Both the position numbers and the translations under genes were made by a program. This document shows, one piece after another, positions 1 to 11,660 of a DNA stretch of 64,000 nt (the stretch's first letter is position 1; the number at the start of each line of letters is the position of its first letter). The notes under the pieces are model-generated. The model was not told the DNA's origin. It did no database searches and worked only from the letters and a program-made list of their open reading frames with translations. Source of the DNA: Gammaproteobacteria bacterium (GTDB lineage: Bacteria; Pseudomonadota; Gammaproteobacteria; SZUA-229); NCBI GenBank assembly GCA_029882395.1, contig JAOUKT010000009.1, forward strand, positions 7,178 through 71,177. Direction: 5' to 3'.

Positions 1-600
1 AGCACCGTGTGAAGTACCGATTGCGATGGCTAATGCATCAACGCCAGTTGCTTCAACGAAGTCAGCCGCTTCTTCAACACCTGTTAACAGCATGTCTAAA
101 TCAAGCTTGCCTTCTGCACCGTGGCCGTCTTCTTCACCCATTTCACCGGTTTCCAGTGAACCCAGGCAACCTAACTCACCCTCAACTGAAACACCGCCAG
201 CGTGGGCCATTTTTACAACTTCTTTCGTTACATCAACGTTGTACTCGAAAGAAGAAGGTGTCTTCATGTCAGCCATTAAAGAGCCGTCCATCATCACTGA
301 TGAGAAACCTGACTGGATAGAACGCAGGCATACTGCTGGTTCTGAACCGTGATCCTGGTGCATAACAACAGGAATGTGCGGGTACATTTCGATTGCAGCA
401 GAAATCAGGTGACGTAAGAACGGTTCGCCTGCGTATGAACGGGCACCAGCAGAACCCTGCATGATAACCGGGCTGTTAGCTTCATCGGCAGCCTGCATGA
501 TTGCATGAACCTGCTCCATGTTGTTAACGTTAAACGCTGGCATGCCATAGCTGTTTTCAGCGGCATGGTCTAATAATTGTCTAAGTGAAATCAGAGCCAT
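1..600 (-). CDS. fba: Fructose-bisphosphate aldolase class II, N-terminal ~200 codons (rest of gene lies beyond the left window edge)
   Basis: Own reverse-strand translation from ATG 600-598 gives [30 protein letters not shown]...[15 protein letters not shown] Shine-Dalgarno lies just upstream. The + strand track ORFs 9..320 and 26..352 are antisense artefacts. Confidence 0.85.
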   Translation of the reverse strand, partial: MALISLRQLLDHAAENSYGMPAFNVNNMEQVHAIMQAADEANSPVIMQGSAGARSYAGEPFLRHLISAAIEMYPHIPVVMHQDHGSEPAVCLRSIQSGFSSVMMDGSLMADMKTPSSFEYNVDVTKEVVKMAHAGGVSVEGELGCLGSLETGEMGEEDGHGAEGKLDLDMLLTGVEEAADFVEATGVDALAIAIGTSHGA

Positions 601-743
601 TTCTGTTTCTCCTTTATTTAAGTTTTAAAATTAGTAACACGTTTTATATCAAAACTTTTTTGTTTTGACACGAACTATTTAAAATCTGTGCCGGTACATA
701 ATCCGCACCGACACCTACAATCTAAACTCTCGTATCGGTGAGA

Positions 744-2168
744 CTAAGCCCCGACGCGAATGATCTTCATTGAATTAGTACCGCCATCAATTCCGACCTT
801 GTCACCTTTGGTGACAACAATCAGGTCGCCTTTGTTAACAACCGCTTTCTCTAATAATACTTTCTGAGCATGAGCACTTAACTGATACTGCTTTATATCA
901 TCAATATTAATGCTCATCGGGTAAACACCGCGATACAGGGTCATACGGCGCTTTGTTTGCTCGTGCTGAGTCAGCGCATAAATCGGAATACCCGAACTGA
1001 TGCGCGACATCCACAATGGCGTTGAACCTGATTCTGTCATCGCCGCGATTCCATCAACTTTAAGATGGTTAGCGGTATACATTGCTGCCATAGCCACCGC
1101 TTCATCAATCCGACCAAAGGTAAGATCAACACGGTGATCAGAGACTCGTGTCGAAGTCGCTTTTTCAGCTTCTTCACAAATACGACCCATCGCCTCAACC
1201 ACTTTAACTGGGTATTTACCGGCCGCCGTTTCACCGGACAGCATAACCGCATCGGTTCCATCTAACACTGCATTGGCGACATCAAATACTTCAGCACGTG
1301 TAGGAATCGGATTTTCGATCATTGACTCCATCATCTGAGTCGCAGTAATCACAACACGGTCCATGCTGCGGGCACGTTTGATCAGGTCTTTCTGGATTGC
1401 CGGCAATTCAGCATCACCAATCTCAACACCCAGATCACCACGGGCCACCATAATGATTTCTGAGGCTTCAATAATTTCATCGATAACATCTAGTGCTTCA
1501 GCACGTTCAATCTTGGAGACAATCGCACCGTGACCACCCGCATCACGCAACAGCTTACGGCATTCAATAACATCACTGGCAGAACGTGGAAAAGATACGG
1601 CTACAAAATCAGCCTCAATTTTAGCAGCGGAGACAATATCTCTTTTATCTTTATCAGTTAAGGCCGGGGCAGATAACCCACCGCCTTGCAGATTGATGCC
1701 TTTATTATTCGACAAAGGACCCGTATGCATAACTTTAGTATGCACTTCGTGACCAATAACCTCAGTCACTTCAAGCACCATGCGGCCGTCATCAAGTAAC
1801 AAAACATTTCCCGCTACAACATCGCCGGGCAATCGTTTATATGTCAGGCCTACCCGCTCTTTAGTACCCTCCTCGTCACCCAGATCAGCGTCAAGGATAA
1901 ACGTGTCACCTTCAACCAGCTCTACTTTGCCTTCTTTAAATTTACAGGTACGAATCTTTGGCCCCTGCAAGTCAACCAGTACACCTACTGCTCTATCGTG
2001 TTTTTCAGCAAATTTTCTAATATTATCCGCACGCCATTTTTGCTCTTCAAATGTACCGTGTGAAAAATTTAAACGAACAACATCAACACCAGCTACTACT
2101 AATGATTCTAAAACTTTAAGGTCGTCTGTTGCCGGCCCTAGAGTTGCGACAATTTTAGTTCTGCGCAA
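744..2168 (-). CDS. pyk: Pyruvate kinase
   Basis: 474 aa ORF. MRRTKIVATLGPAT, NFSHG and MVARGDLGVEIG are classic pyruvate kinase motifs. Confidence 0.95.
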   Translation of the reverse strand: MRRTKIVATLGPATDDLKVLESLVVAGVDVVRLNFSHGTFEEQKWRADNIRKFAEKHDRAVGVLVDLQGPKIRTCKFKEGKVELVEGDTFILDADLGDEEGTKERVGLTYKRLPGDVVAGNVLLLDDGRMVLEVTEVIGHEVHTKVMHTGPLSNNKGINLQGGGLSAPALTDKDKRDIVSAAKIEADFVAVSFPRSASDVIECRKLLRDAGGHGAIVSKIERAEALDVIDEIIEASEIIMVARGDLGVEIGDAELPAIQKDLIKRARSMDRVVITATQMMESMIENPIPTRAEVFDVANAVLDGTDAVMLSGETAAGKYPVKVVEAMGRICEEAEKATSTRVSDHRVDLTFGRIDEAVAMAAMYTANHLKVDGIAAMTESGSTPLWMSRISSGIPIYALTQHEQTKRRMTLYRGVYPMSINIDDIKQYQLSAHAQKVLLEKAVVNKGDLIVVTKGDKVGIDGGTNSMKIIRVGA

Positions 2169-2303
2169 CTTATTACTCCTAGATAAACGGAGACCCCCTG
2201 GCCTCCAAAAAATTACATTCTTAATTTAACCTAATCAACCCACTCCATTATAACTAATTCCGAATGAAGTGGATTTTTATTCAAAGCAAGGCAAAAGTCA
2301 GAG

Positions 2304-2340
2304 AAAAAGCGGAGCGTACAGGGAGTACGTGAGCATTTTT
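2304..2340. repeat. Copy A of bipartite intergenic motif AAAGCGGAGCGTA-N7-TACGTGAGCATTT (pyk-pgk spacer)
   Basis: Half-sites lie at 2306-2318 and 2326-2338 and are identical to copy B at 3851-3883. The core is flanked by pairing A5/T5 runs, and the inner stem is CGTAC/GTACG. Confidence 0.7.
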
Positions 2341-2385
2341 ATCTGGCATTTAACGCCGCATTGAATGAAAAGACATTCATACAGT

Positions 2386-3567
2386 TTACTTATTAGCCTG
2401 AGCTTCTAACATCGCCACCGCAGGAAGCGTTTTGCCTTCTAAATACTCTAAAAATGCACCGCCAGCCGTTGAGATGTAAGACACTTTATCAAAAATATCA
2501 TACTTCTGGATTGCTGCGATTGTATCGCCGCCGCCTGCCAGACTAAAACCGTTACCGTTAGCAATAGCCATAGAGACCGTTTTAGTGCCTTCACCAAACT
2601 GATCAAACTCAAATACGCCAACAGGGCCATTCCAGACAATCGTGCCCGCCTTAGCAATAATATCTGCCAGCACTTTTGCAGAGTCAGGACCGATATCAAA
2701 AATCATGTCGTCATCTGACACATCGTCTGCCGCTTTTAATGTTGCCTCAGCCGTTTCAGCAAACTCTTTTGCGCAAACAACATCTGTTGCTATTGGAATG
2801 CTCGCACCACGCGCTTCCATTTTTGCAATTAATGCTTTAGCCGTATCAACCAGATCCGCTTCATACAAAGATTTACCAACGTTATAACCTTTAGCGGCCA
2901 GGAAGGTGTTAGCGATACCGCCACCAACAACTAACTGGTCTACTTTTTCTGACAATGCCTCTAAAACAGTCAGCTTGGTAGACACTTTAGAGCCACCAAC
3001 AATAGCAACCATTGGACGGGCAGGCTCAGCCAAAGCTTTAGCCAAACTATCTAATTCGTTTGATAACAACAAACCGGCACATGCAACGGGGGCGTGAACG
3101 CCAACACCATGTGTCGAAGCCTGTGCACGGTGAGCGGTACCAAAGGCATCCATCACAAAGACATCACATAATGCCGCGTATTTCTTAGATAATGCTTCGT
3201 CGTCTTTCTTCTCACCGGCATTGAAACGCACGTTTTCTAACAATACACATTCACCAGCAGCCACTTCAACACCACCGTCCAGATAGTCTTTAACTAGACG
3301 AACTTCTTTGCCCAGCTTTTCAGACATCGTTGCAGCGATCGGCGCCAGTGAGTTTTCTTCATCTGCTTTACCTTCTTCAGGACGGCCACGGTGAGACATA
3401 ACCATGACCGAAGCACCGGCTTTCATCGCGTGTTCAATAGTCGGCATCGATGCAGTAATACGCGCATCAGAAGTAACCTTGCCGTCTTTAACAGGTACGT
3501 TTAAATCGGCGCGGATCAAAACGCGCTTGCCAGCAAGATCCAGGTCAGTCAGCTTGATAAAAGCCAT
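2386..3567 (-). CDS. pgk: Phosphoglycerate kinase
   Basis: 393 aa ORF with [19 protein letters not shown]-terminus and a C-terminal [14 protein letters not shown]-type motif. Confidence 0.97.
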   Translation of the reverse strand: MAFIKLTDLDLAGKRVLIRADLNVPVKDGKVTSDARITASMPTIEHAMKAGASVMVMSHRGRPEEGKADEENSLAPIAATMSEKLGKEVRLVKDYLDGGVEVAAGECVLLENVRFNAGEKKDDEALSKKYAALCDVFVMDAFGTAHRAQASTHGVGVHAPVACAGLLLSNELDSLAKALAEPARPMVAIVGGSKVSTKLTVLEALSEKVDQLVVGGGIANTFLAAKGYNVGKSLYEADLVDTAKALIAKMEARGASIPIATDVVCAKEFAETAEATLKAADDVSDDDMIFDIGPDSAKVLADIIAKAGTIVWNGPVGVFEFDQFGEGTKTVSMAIANGNGFSLAGGGDTIAAIQKYDIFDKVSYISTAGGAFLEYLEGKTLPAVAMLEAQANK

Positions 3568-3606
3568 GGTCGAACTCCTAAATAATATTTAAATAATTTT
3601 AAAAAC

Positions 3607-3641
3607 TGTTTGTTAAATATTGATGAAACACTTAACAAACA
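3607..3641. promoter_or_regulatory. Perfect 10-bp inverted repeat TGTTTGTTAA-N15-TTAACAAACA, 40-75 nt upstream of the pgk start
   Basis: Read directly from the sequence (arms 3607-3616 and 3632-3641). Function is unknown; it could be an operator or an RNA hairpin. Confidence 0.3.
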
Positions 3642-3733
3642 ACTCTAATTTATCAGTCAATTGGTCGCTTTTTATAAATTATCGCTACCGGCGTCCTGCC
3701 TCCCGCGAAATACACTTCATCCCGAAGATAAAC

Positions 3734-3753
3734 CAGCCCGGATCACCGGGCTG
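3734..3753 (-). other. Intercistronic GC-rich hairpin (CAGCCCGG-atca-CCGGGCTG) between gap and pgk
   Basis: Perfect 8-bp stem with a 4-nt loop. The U-tract is weak, so it is more likely an mRNA-stabilising or attenuating hairpin than a full terminator. Confidence 0.4.
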
Positions 3754-3842
3754 ATTAAAACATCTCTTCGAAAATCATTTAACAAGCCTTAAATAATCTT
3801 CGTATAACTAAGAGAGATTTTTTCGTCTAGCTAGGCGCGGTG

Positions 3843-3891
3843 CGAGTTTTAAAGCGGAGCGTATTATTAATACGTGAGCATTTAAAACTCG
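3843..3891. repeat. Copy B of bipartite intergenic motif AAAGCGGAGCGTA-N7-TACGTGAGCATTT (pgk-gap spacer)
   Basis: Half-sites lie at 3851-3863 and 3871-3883. The outer stem is 11 bp (CGAGTTTTAAA/TTTAAAACTCG). The centre CGTATTA-T-TAATACG is palindromic. Confidence 0.7.
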
Positions 3892-3922
3892 TGCCGCAAC
3901 AACGCTAGCCGGAAAAATATCC

Positions 3923-4930
<1,008 letters not shown>

Positions 4931-4991
4931 TTAATACTCCCCTTAAGTTTAAAATTTTTCAGCTCCCGGCTTTCACTGAGAGCCGATTTAA

Positions 4992-6965
4992 TTACATTAC
5001 TGATTCAACAGCCTTCACTACATTTTCTACAGTGAAGCCAAATTCTTTAAACAACTCGCCAGCTGGAGCCGACTCACCGAAGTGATCGATACCAACAACA
5101 ACGTCTGCGTACTTGTACCAGCCAGTCGTAACGGCAGCTTCTACCGCAACAGTCGGGATACCATCACCCAATACTGAAGACTGGTAGGCATCATCCTGAC
5201 GTTCAAATGCATCAACCGACGGCATTGAAACAACACGGATGTTCTTACCAGACATTGCCGCTGCTGCACCTGTTGCCAGATCAACTTCTGAACCGGTAGC
5301 AATAATGACTGCATCTGGAGCGCCGTCACAGTCTTTCAGGATGTAACCACCCTTAGCGATGTCAGCAATCTGTGCATCAGTACGTTCGTTATGGTTCAGG
5401 TTCTGACGTGAGAAGATCAGTGTAGATGGACCGTCTTTACGCTCAACTGCCTGAGCCCAACACACCGCAGACTCAACCGCATCACAGGGACGCCATACGG
5501 CCATGTTTGGAATCATACGCAGTGTTGGAATCTGCTCAACTGGCTGATGCGTTGGACCATCTTCACCCAGACCAATTGAGTCATGCGTAAAGACGAAGAT
5601 GCTCTGAATTTTCATCAGTGCCGCCATACGCAGTGCATTACGCGCGTACTCAGAGAACATTAAGAAGGTTGAACCGAATGGCACCAGACCACCGTGCAGT
5701 GTAATGCCGTTCATGATCGCCGACATACCGAACTCACGTACACCGTAGCGAATGTAGTTAGGCACTTCGCTGTTATCCATCGGCTTGTAACCAGACCATT
5801 CTGTCAGGTTTGAACAACCTAAGTCAGCCGAACCACCAAACAGCTCGGGTAACATTGGCGAATACGCTTCGATAGCCGCTAAAGAAGCCTGACGTGTTGC
5901 CGGACTCTTAGCATCAGCGGCTACAGAGGCGATGTAATCAGCCGATTTCTGCGCCCAGTCAGCCGGTAAATCACCTGCCATACGACGCTCGTACTCAGCT
6001 GCTTCGGCAGGAAATGCCGCTTTATAGGCCGCGAACTTATCGTTCCATGCCGCTTCGGCTTTAGCGCCTTTATCTTTTGCATCCCAACCGGCATAAACGT
6101 CAGCAGGCACTTCGAATGGACCGTGGTCCCAGCCTAAAGCCGCTTTAGTCAGGTTGATTTCTTCTTCACCTAATGGTGCACCGTGACAGGCATGTGAACC
6201 GGCCTTATTTGGCGAACCAAAACCGATCGTGGTTTTACAGCAGATCATGGTCGGCTTGTCAGTCATTGCCTTAGCCATATCAATCGCTTTAGCTAATGCA
6301 TCAGAATCGTGGCCATCAACATCGGCAATAACGTGCCAGCCGTAGGCTTCAAAACGCATAGGCGTGTTATCTGTAAACCAGCCGTCAACGTGACCATCGA
6401 TAGAAATACCGTTGTCATCCCAGAACGCAATCAACTTGCCCAAACCTAAAGTACCGGCCAGTGAACAGGCTTCGTGAGAGATGCCTTCCATTAAACAACC
6501 GTCGCCCAAAAAGACGTAAGTATTGTGGTCAACAATAGTGTGACCTTTCTGGTTGAACTGGGCAGCCAGAGCTTTTTCAGCAATCGCCATACCAACACCG
6601 TTGGTAATACCCTGACCTAATGGACCCGTCGTTGTTTCAACACCTGGCGCGTAACCGTACTCTGGGTGACCCGGCGTTTTTGAATGCAACTGACGGAAGT
6701 TTTTCAGATCGTCGATAGACAGATCATAACCCGTCAGGTGAAGCAGTGAATAAATCAGCATAGAGCCATGACCATTCGACAGAATGAAACGGTCGCGGTT
6801 GCTCCATTTAGGATTCGCCGGGTTGTGGTTCATGTTGTCGTTCCACAATACTTCAGCGATATCCGCCATACCCATAGGCGCACCCGGGTGGCCTGAATTT
6901 GCTTTTTGTACTGCATCCATACTTAACGCACGTACCGCGTTAGCTAGGTTTTTACGAGAAGGCAT
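4992..6965 (-). CDS. tkt: Transketolase
   Basis: Track ORF is 4992..7040. I place the start at ATG 6965 ([28 protein letters not shown]), which has a GGGAGAG SD about 9 nt upstream. The TPP motif LGDGCLMEG is present. Confidence 0.95.
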   Translation of the reverse strand: MPSRKNLANAVRALSMDAVQKANSGHPGAPMGMADIAEVLWNDNMNHNPANPKWSNRDRFILSNGHGSMLIYSLLHLTGYDLSIDDLKNFRQLHSKTPGHPEYGYAPGVETTTGPLGQGITNGVGMAIAEKALAAQFNQKGHTIVDHNTYVFLGDGCLMEGISHEACSLAGTLGLGKLIAFWDDNGISIDGHVDGWFTDNTPMRFEAYGWHVIADVDGHDSDALAKAIDMAKAMTDKPTMICCKTTIGFGSPNKAGSHACHGAPLGEEEINLTKAALGWDHGPFEVPADVYAGWDAKDKGAKAEAAWNDKFAAYKAAFPAEAAEYERRMAGDLPADWAQKSADYIASVAADAKSPATRQASLAAIEAYSPMLPELFGGSADLGCSNLTEWSGYKPMDNSEVPNYIRYGVREFGMSAIMNGITLHGGLVPFGSTFLMFSEYARNALRMAALMKIQSIFVFTHDSIGLGEDGPTHQPVEQIPTLRMIPNMAVWRPCDAVESAVCWAQAVERKDGPSTLIFSRQNLNHNERTDAQIADIAKGGYILKDCDGAPDAVIIATGSEVDLATGAAAAMSGKNIRVVSMPSVDAFERQDDAYQSSVLGDGIPTVAVEAAVTTGWYKYADVVVGIDHFGESAPAGELFKEFGFTVENVVKAVESVM

Positions 6966-7215
6966 CGTTGTGTCTCTCCCTTTAAGTTTTAAAAATTCGT
7001 TTTTGTTTATTGTGAAACTCTCATTCAAGAGTCCCAACACTCAATTCTATTTTGTTCTTTTCAGTGTCGACTGAAGCGCCCATTTCGTGGCTGACTCAGG
7101 GGGGATAAGTACCCGACCAATGAAGACTCCCCCAAGCGTAAGGGCGGCTATTTTCCCTTAAATTCGCCATTTCAGCAACTAAAAGCACCTAATAGCCCCA
7201 TAAAAGCGCTCACAT

Positions 7216-7254
7216 AAAATGGCAAAAGCCCGTGACATGGGCTTTTGCCATTTT
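7216..7254 (-). terminator. Bidirectional rho-independent terminator downstream of the thioredoxin-like gene
   Basis: TGGCAAAAGCCC-gtgacat-GGGCTTTTGCCA is a perfect 12-bp stem, flanked by AAAA on one side and TTTT on the other. Confidence 0.75.
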
Positions 7255-7302
7255 ATATTTAATCGCTGTTGTTAAACTATGCTGAAACAAGATGATTGAA
7301 AT

Positions 7303-7860
7303 TCAATCACTTAACCATTTAATTGAACAGCCCATACTCGGAATCTGCTCTGCCGGCCCCTTTCCTGATTTTGCCACTTCAGACATCGCCAGATACAGAT
7401 CACGCCGCACATCAGCATCCGCCGCTTGCTTACGACTCTCGTCCAAACGCCCCCGATACTGCAACTCAAAATCACTGTTATAACCAAAAAAGTCTGGTGT
7501 ACAGACTGCGCCATAGGCTCTGGCAACTTGCTGAGTCTGATCAAGCAAATAAGGGAACGGAAACGCAAACTGATCAGAGACTTTTTTCATGTTCTCAAAA
7601 GAATCTTCTTCATACTCGTTGACGTCGTTAGACATTATCGCCACACAGTTCACGCCCTGCGCTTTCAAGCTATTCGCATCACGCACAATGCGATCACGAA
7701 TCGACTTTACGTAAGGACAATGATTGCAGATAAACATGACCAAAAGACCGTTTTCGCCCATGCACTGTTTCAGATTCCAGTTTTTGCCATCAACACCAGG
7801 CAAGTCAAAATCTACCGCAGGCGCACCAAAATCACAAACAGGAGGCTGTAAACTCACCAT
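7303..7860 (-). CDS. Thioredoxin-fold / AhpC-TSA-like thiol-disulfide oxidoreductase
   Basis: CNHCP redox motif and a peroxiredoxin-like layout. I place the start at ATG 7860, which has GGAG 7 nt upstream. The first 'M' in the track ORF is a TTG. Confidence 0.75.
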   Translation of the reverse strand: MVSLQPPVCDFGAPAVDFDLPGVDGKNWNLKQCMGENGLLVMFICNHCPYVKSIRDRIVRDANSLKAQGVNCVAIMSNDVNEYEEDSFENMKKVSDQFAFPFPYLLDQTQQVARAYGAVCTPDFFGYNSDFELQYRGRLDESRKQAADADVRRDLYLAMSEVAKSGKGPAEQIPSMGCSIKWLSD

Positions 7861-8057
7861 ATTAAACTCCAAATAATAATTACCAGTTAAGTCTTGAAAA
7901 ACGCAGCTAATACACCATATTAATAACCACTTGTCGATAATATAACCCGGCAGGCGCTGTGATTAACCTTATTATTATGGCCGCTATAGTTAATACATGT
8001 TAAAATATATGATTGTACGGCACATCAACGACGTTTAAACATTTAGCCAGGTAAGTA

Positions 8058-9905
8058 ATGTCTCAAAACTCAGACTCAGATCCAACCCAGGTTCCTACAC
8101 CCAAAGACCAGCAATCGAGCTTAAAGCTGTTGATCGCCAAAGGCAAAGATCAGGGCTACCTGACTTATGCCGAGGTCAACGATCACCTGCCTGAAGGCAT
8201 TGTTGATCCGGAACAGATTGAAGACATTATCAGCATGATCAACGACATGGGCATCAAAGTGCACGAAAAAGCGCCTGATGCTGAAAGCTCGATCCTGAGT
8301 GATAACGCGGTTGCTGATACCGATGAAGACGCCGCTGAAGAAGCCGCTGCCGCACTCGCGTCCGTTGATTCTGAATTTGGGCGCACCACTGACCCGGTTC
8401 GCATGTACATGCGCGAAATGGGTAGCGTTGAACTGCTCTCACGTGAAGATGAAATTGCCATTGCCAAGCGCATCGAAGAAGGCTTAGGCCAGGCACTGCG
8501 CGCGCTCGCCACCAACCCAAAGACTATTGAAAACGTGCTCAAACAGTTCGATAAAGTTCTGGCTGAAGATGCGCGTATTGGCGACATGGTGTCAGGCTTT
8601 GCCTACACCAACGACGAAATTGCTCAGCCAACTAACAAGGGCCTGCAAACCGAGGCCGAAAAAGAAGCCGAAGAAGAAGAAGAAGCGGTTGAAGAAGACA
8701 CCGGGCCTACCCTGGAAGAAATTTCTGTTATCTTTGCTGAATTAAAGAAAATCCACGCTAAAGTCGTTGTCGGCCTGTCAAAGAACGGCAAAGACACCCC
8801 TCAGTTACGCAAATCGATGTCAGAGAAATTTCTTGAGTTAAAATACTCAATTCCTCTCATCAACCAGCTGAACACTGACTTGCGCAACACGGTTGACCGT
8901 ATACGTAATATGGAACGCCATATTCTGAGCCTGTGCACCCAAAAATCCCATATGCCGCGTAAAGAATTTATTACCTCTTTCCCGGAAAACGAAACCAACC
9001 CGGAATGGATTAATCAGTTCCTTAAAGGCCATGAATATTCCGAAGATTTACAAGATCACGCCGATGAAATTCGCCTGACCCAGACTCGCCTCGCGGCTCT
9101 GGAAAAAGACTTTGGCCTGAGCATCGCCGAAATCAAGGAAATCAATCGCCGCATGTCAATCGGTGAAGCCAAGGCGCGCCGCGCCAAAAAAGAAATGGTT
9201 GAGGCCAACTTGCGACTGGTTATCTCGATCTCGAAAAAATACACTAACCGCGGTCTGCAGTTCCTTGATCTGATCCAGGAAGGCAACATCGGCCTGATGA
9301 AGGCCGTCGATAAATTCGAATACCGTCGTGGTTACAAGTTCTCTACCTATGCCACCTGGTGGATTCGTCAGGCGATTACTCGCTCTATCGCTGATCAGGC
9401 ACGCACTATCCGCATACCGGTTCACATGATTGAGACCATCAATAAACTCAACCGTATTTTCCGCCAGATGCTACAGGAAATGGGCCGCGAGCCAACACCT
9501 GAAGAGCTGGCAGAGAAGATGGAAATGCCTGAAGACAAGGTACGTAAGGTGCTTAAAATCGCCAAAGAGCCAATCTCCATGGAGACCCCGATTGGTGATG
9601 ATGAAGATTCACATCTGGGCGACTTTATTGAAGACCAGAACATACTCTCGCCAATTGAGTCTGCAACCAGCGAATCATTAAGTGAGTCGACCCGTGACAT
9701 CCTTTCCACACTCACCGCACGAGAGGCGAAAGTGCTGCGCATGCGTTTTGGCATCGACATGAACACCGATCACACGCTGGAAGAAGTGGGCAAGCAGTTT
9801 GACGTAACCCGTGAGCGCATTCGTCAAATTGAAGCAAAAGCTTTGCGCAAGCTGCGTCATCCGTCACGCGCGGAGAACCTGCGTAGTTTCCTGGGTGAAG
9901 AGTAA
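8058..9905 (+). CDS. rpoD: RNA polymerase sigma-70 factor RpoD
   Basis: 615 aa ORF with an acidic spacer region. Region 2 reads [12 protein letters not shown] and region 4.2 reads [30 protein letters not shown]. Confidence 0.97.
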   Translation: MSQNSDSDPTQVPTPKDQQSSLKLLIAKGKDQGYLTYAEVNDHLPEGIVDPEQIEDIISMINDMGIKVHEKAPDAESSILSDNAVADTDEDAAEEAAAALASVDSEFGRTTDPVRMYMREMGSVELLSREDEIAIAKRIEEGLGQALRALATNPKTIENVLKQFDKVLAEDARIGDMVSGFAYTNDEIAQPTNKGLQTEAEKEAEEEEEAVEEDTGPTLEEISVIFAELKKIHAKVVVGLSKNGKDTPQLRKSMSEKFLELKYSIPLINQLNTDLRNTVDRIRNMERHILSLCTQKSHMPRKEFITSFPENETNPEWINQFLKGHEYSEDLQDHADEIRLTQTRLAALEKDFGLSIAEIKEINRRMSIGEAKARRAKKEMVEANLRLVISISKKYTNRGLQFLDLIQEGNIGLMKAVDKFEYRRGYKFSTYATWWIRQAITRSIADQARTIRIPVHMIETINKLNRIFRQMLQEMGREPTPEELAEKMEMPEDKVRKVLKIAKEPISMETPIGDDEDSHLGDFIEDQNILSPIESATSESLSESTRDILSTLTAREAKVLRMRFGIDMNTDHTLEEVGKQFDVTRERIRQIEAKALRKLRHPSRAENLRSFLGEE

Positions 9906-9924
9906 ATACTGACACCAATAAATC

Positions 9925-9950
9925 AAAAGCCCTCATCTGAGGGCTTTTTT
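9925..9950 (+). terminator. rpoD rho-independent terminator
   Basis: AAAAGCCCTCAtcTGAGGGCTTTTTT: a GC stem followed by a T6 run. Confidence 0.85.
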
Positions 9951-10195
9951 ATGTATTCAACTCAATGAGTTTTATATATAATCGCTGCTGATTTTTTGTA
10001 TGCTTCGTTTCATTAGCCGGCAGATAATCAGAATGCCTGACGGCCGATCTCAATTTATGTACCTGCTAGTGCAGGCAGTAGGTATGGGTGATGAGCTGAG
10101 GCATCGATGATTTACGTGTCGCCGATACACGTTAAAGATAGTGCGGATGTCCTGCGGACATTAATATCATGCGCGCCACCCTGGCACGCAATTGC

Positions 10196-10272
10196 GCCCC
10201 TGTAGCTCAGTTGGTTAGAGCAACCGACTCATAATCGGTAGGTCGAGTGTTCGAGTCACTCCGGGGGCACCA
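10196..10272 (+). tRNA. ileX: tRNA with CAU anticodon, most likely tRNA-Ile2 (lysidine-modified, ileX-like); elongator tRNA-Met not excluded
   Basis: Hand-folded cloverleaf. The acceptor is GCCCCTG/CGGGGGC, the D-arm GCTCAGTTGGTTAGAGC, the anticodon arm ACCGA-CTCATAA-TCGGT, and the T-arm GAGTG-TTCGAGT-CACTC, ending ACCA. C4-G69 and C5-G68 match the TilS-recognised pattern of tRNA-Ile2 as I recall it. E. coli ileX also lies just downstream of rpoD. Confidence 0.9.
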
Positions 10273-10353
10273 TTTAAGTCGATTGCTTAATCTGTTTCTT
10301 CAAAAATACTAAAATTGCATCAGCCTAGCCTGTTCTGGCACAGCTGGCAAAAA

Positions 10354-11094
10354 TCAGACCTTAAACACATCGATACGGTGTTTATTGATAAATTTATTTA
10401 GCTCGTGTTTGACATTATCCTTGTATTCAGCAAAGTGCAGTCCAATCTGGATAAACTTTCCCTTTGGATATTTGTCTTCATCTGCAGCCTCAAGCCTGAC
10501 TACTGCAGCCATAATATTAATTGGCGTTTCACTTAAACTCAGCGCAACCGACACCTCGTCAAAGACATTGATACCCTTGACCACTGGCACCACAATCATA
10601 CAGCCCGAAACAGAAATATTGACCAAGGCGCCCTTACTGGTGCCGTCATCCTCACGCCGCATGACACATTCATAAGGTTCATCGGGTGTCACCCGGTTAT
10701 CTATTCGACGGTCTTTATTACGCATGAAACGATGGAATTTGTCATGCAATGCATCTGAGTTGAACGGCTTACTGAGATAATCGGTAACGCCCGCACTGAC
10801 CGCCTCATGCAACGAAGCTCTGTCGGAGCGAGCACTTGTCATGATAAACGGGGTATCTACCATCTTTGGGTCGTTGCGCACATACTCAAGCAGTTCGATA
10901 CCGCTGATACCTGGCATCTCAAAATCACAGATGATCCAGTCGATATCCCGCCCCTCGAGTACCTTTTTCGCCTCTTTACCATCAGTTAGACCGATAACAG
11001 TGCCAAATTCCAGGCGCTCTTTGAGGATAATGGTTATTACATTAATCATATGAGTGGAGCTATCGAGCACCAGTGCCACTGAGTCTTTAAACAT
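10354..11094 (-). CDS. Response-regulator receiver domain fused to a PilZ (c-di-GMP-binding) domain
   Basis: The REC part has the acceptor context WIICDFEMPG and the SKP motif. The PilZ motifs RRIDNR (RxxxR) and NISVSG (D/NxSxxG) are both present. Confidence 0.8.
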   Translation of the reverse strand: MFKDSVALVLDSSTHMINVITIILKERLEFGTVIGLTDGKEAKKVLEGRDIDWIICDFEMPGISGIELLEYVRNDPKMVDTPFIMTSARSDRASLHEAVSAGVTDYLSKPFNSDALHDKFHRFMRNKDRRIDNRVTPDEPYECVMRREDDGTSKGALVNISVSGCMIVVPVVKGINVFDEVSVALSLSETPINIMAAVVRLEAADEDKYPKGKFIQIGLHFAEYKDNVKHELNKFINKHRIDVFKV

Positions 11095-11660
11095 TAACCA
11101 TCTCTCTAAAAAATATTAGTGCCAATATCAGTAACGGAGAAACCGACTTATTAAAAATAAAACGCTCTCATCTCAATTGACACTTTGTCCGAAAATTTCT
11201 TGCTGTAACGACTGATACAGACGCATTTCAACAAGCACAGCATATCTCTATGACTCTCACTTCATCCGCTGAAAAGTCAAAAAAATTAAGCAAGAAAGGA
11301 ATAACGATAGAGCTATTGCAGCTATAGATATCGAATCAGTTTTCATGCAATCCCGCCGCCTTAGGATAATCATCCCTTAGACCGGTAACTTTGCGCCAAG
11401 AACCTTTCAGTTAAAGTAGCCTTTTAAAACAAACACTTAAATACCCAGCCTGTATCCTCAGGCTTGAAATATATTCTAGTAGAAAAATTAAAGCCTTTCA
11501 ATCATCCGTTAATGATATTAAGACGGGAACACAGAACAGTGACATAAGAAAAAATGACTATAACAGGAATACAGCGGCCTGCTGAGTGATTGAGCAGTCT
11601 AAACCAGATCCAAAAAGCTTAACTGGCAAAGCTGCCAGCCAAGCATTGATCGTTGTCAGC

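Noticed and set aside
1780-2229. 149-aa + strand ORF, together with many similar 60-140-aa ORFs antisense to pyk, pgk, gap, tkt, rpoD, pilT, fadL, volA and others (for example 7426..7851, 8183..8587, 22686..23078, 47101..47433, 49932..50381).
   Set aside because: All lie fully inside well-supported conserved genes on the opposite strand. They have low-complexity S/T/P/R- or F-rich translations, lack SD sequences, and are the usual antisense-frame artefacts.
6966-7040. 25-codon N-terminal extension of transketolase in the ORF track ([25 protein letters not shown]...).
   Set aside because: The canonical transketolase N-terminus begins at [12 protein letters not shown] with a good SD. The extension is AT-rich leader sequence that happens to be open.
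7075-7150. GC-rich nested pairing (GCGCCC...GGGGGA...TCCCCC...GGGCGG) in the tkt leader, considered as a TPP riboswitch because transketolase uses TPP.
   Set aside because: It lacks the conserved TPP-riboswitch CUGAGA / ACCUGAUCUGGAUAAUGCCAGCG elements. TPP riboswitches control thiamine biosynthesis and transport genes, not tkt. It is probably an ordinary 5' UTR or promoter region.
10181-10195. Sigma-54-like element CTGGCACGCAATTGCG immediately upstream of the tRNA.
   Set aside because: The GG-to-GC spacing is one nucleotide short of the TGGCACG-N4-TTGC consensus. A sigma-54 promoter for a tRNA gene is also biologically unlikely.
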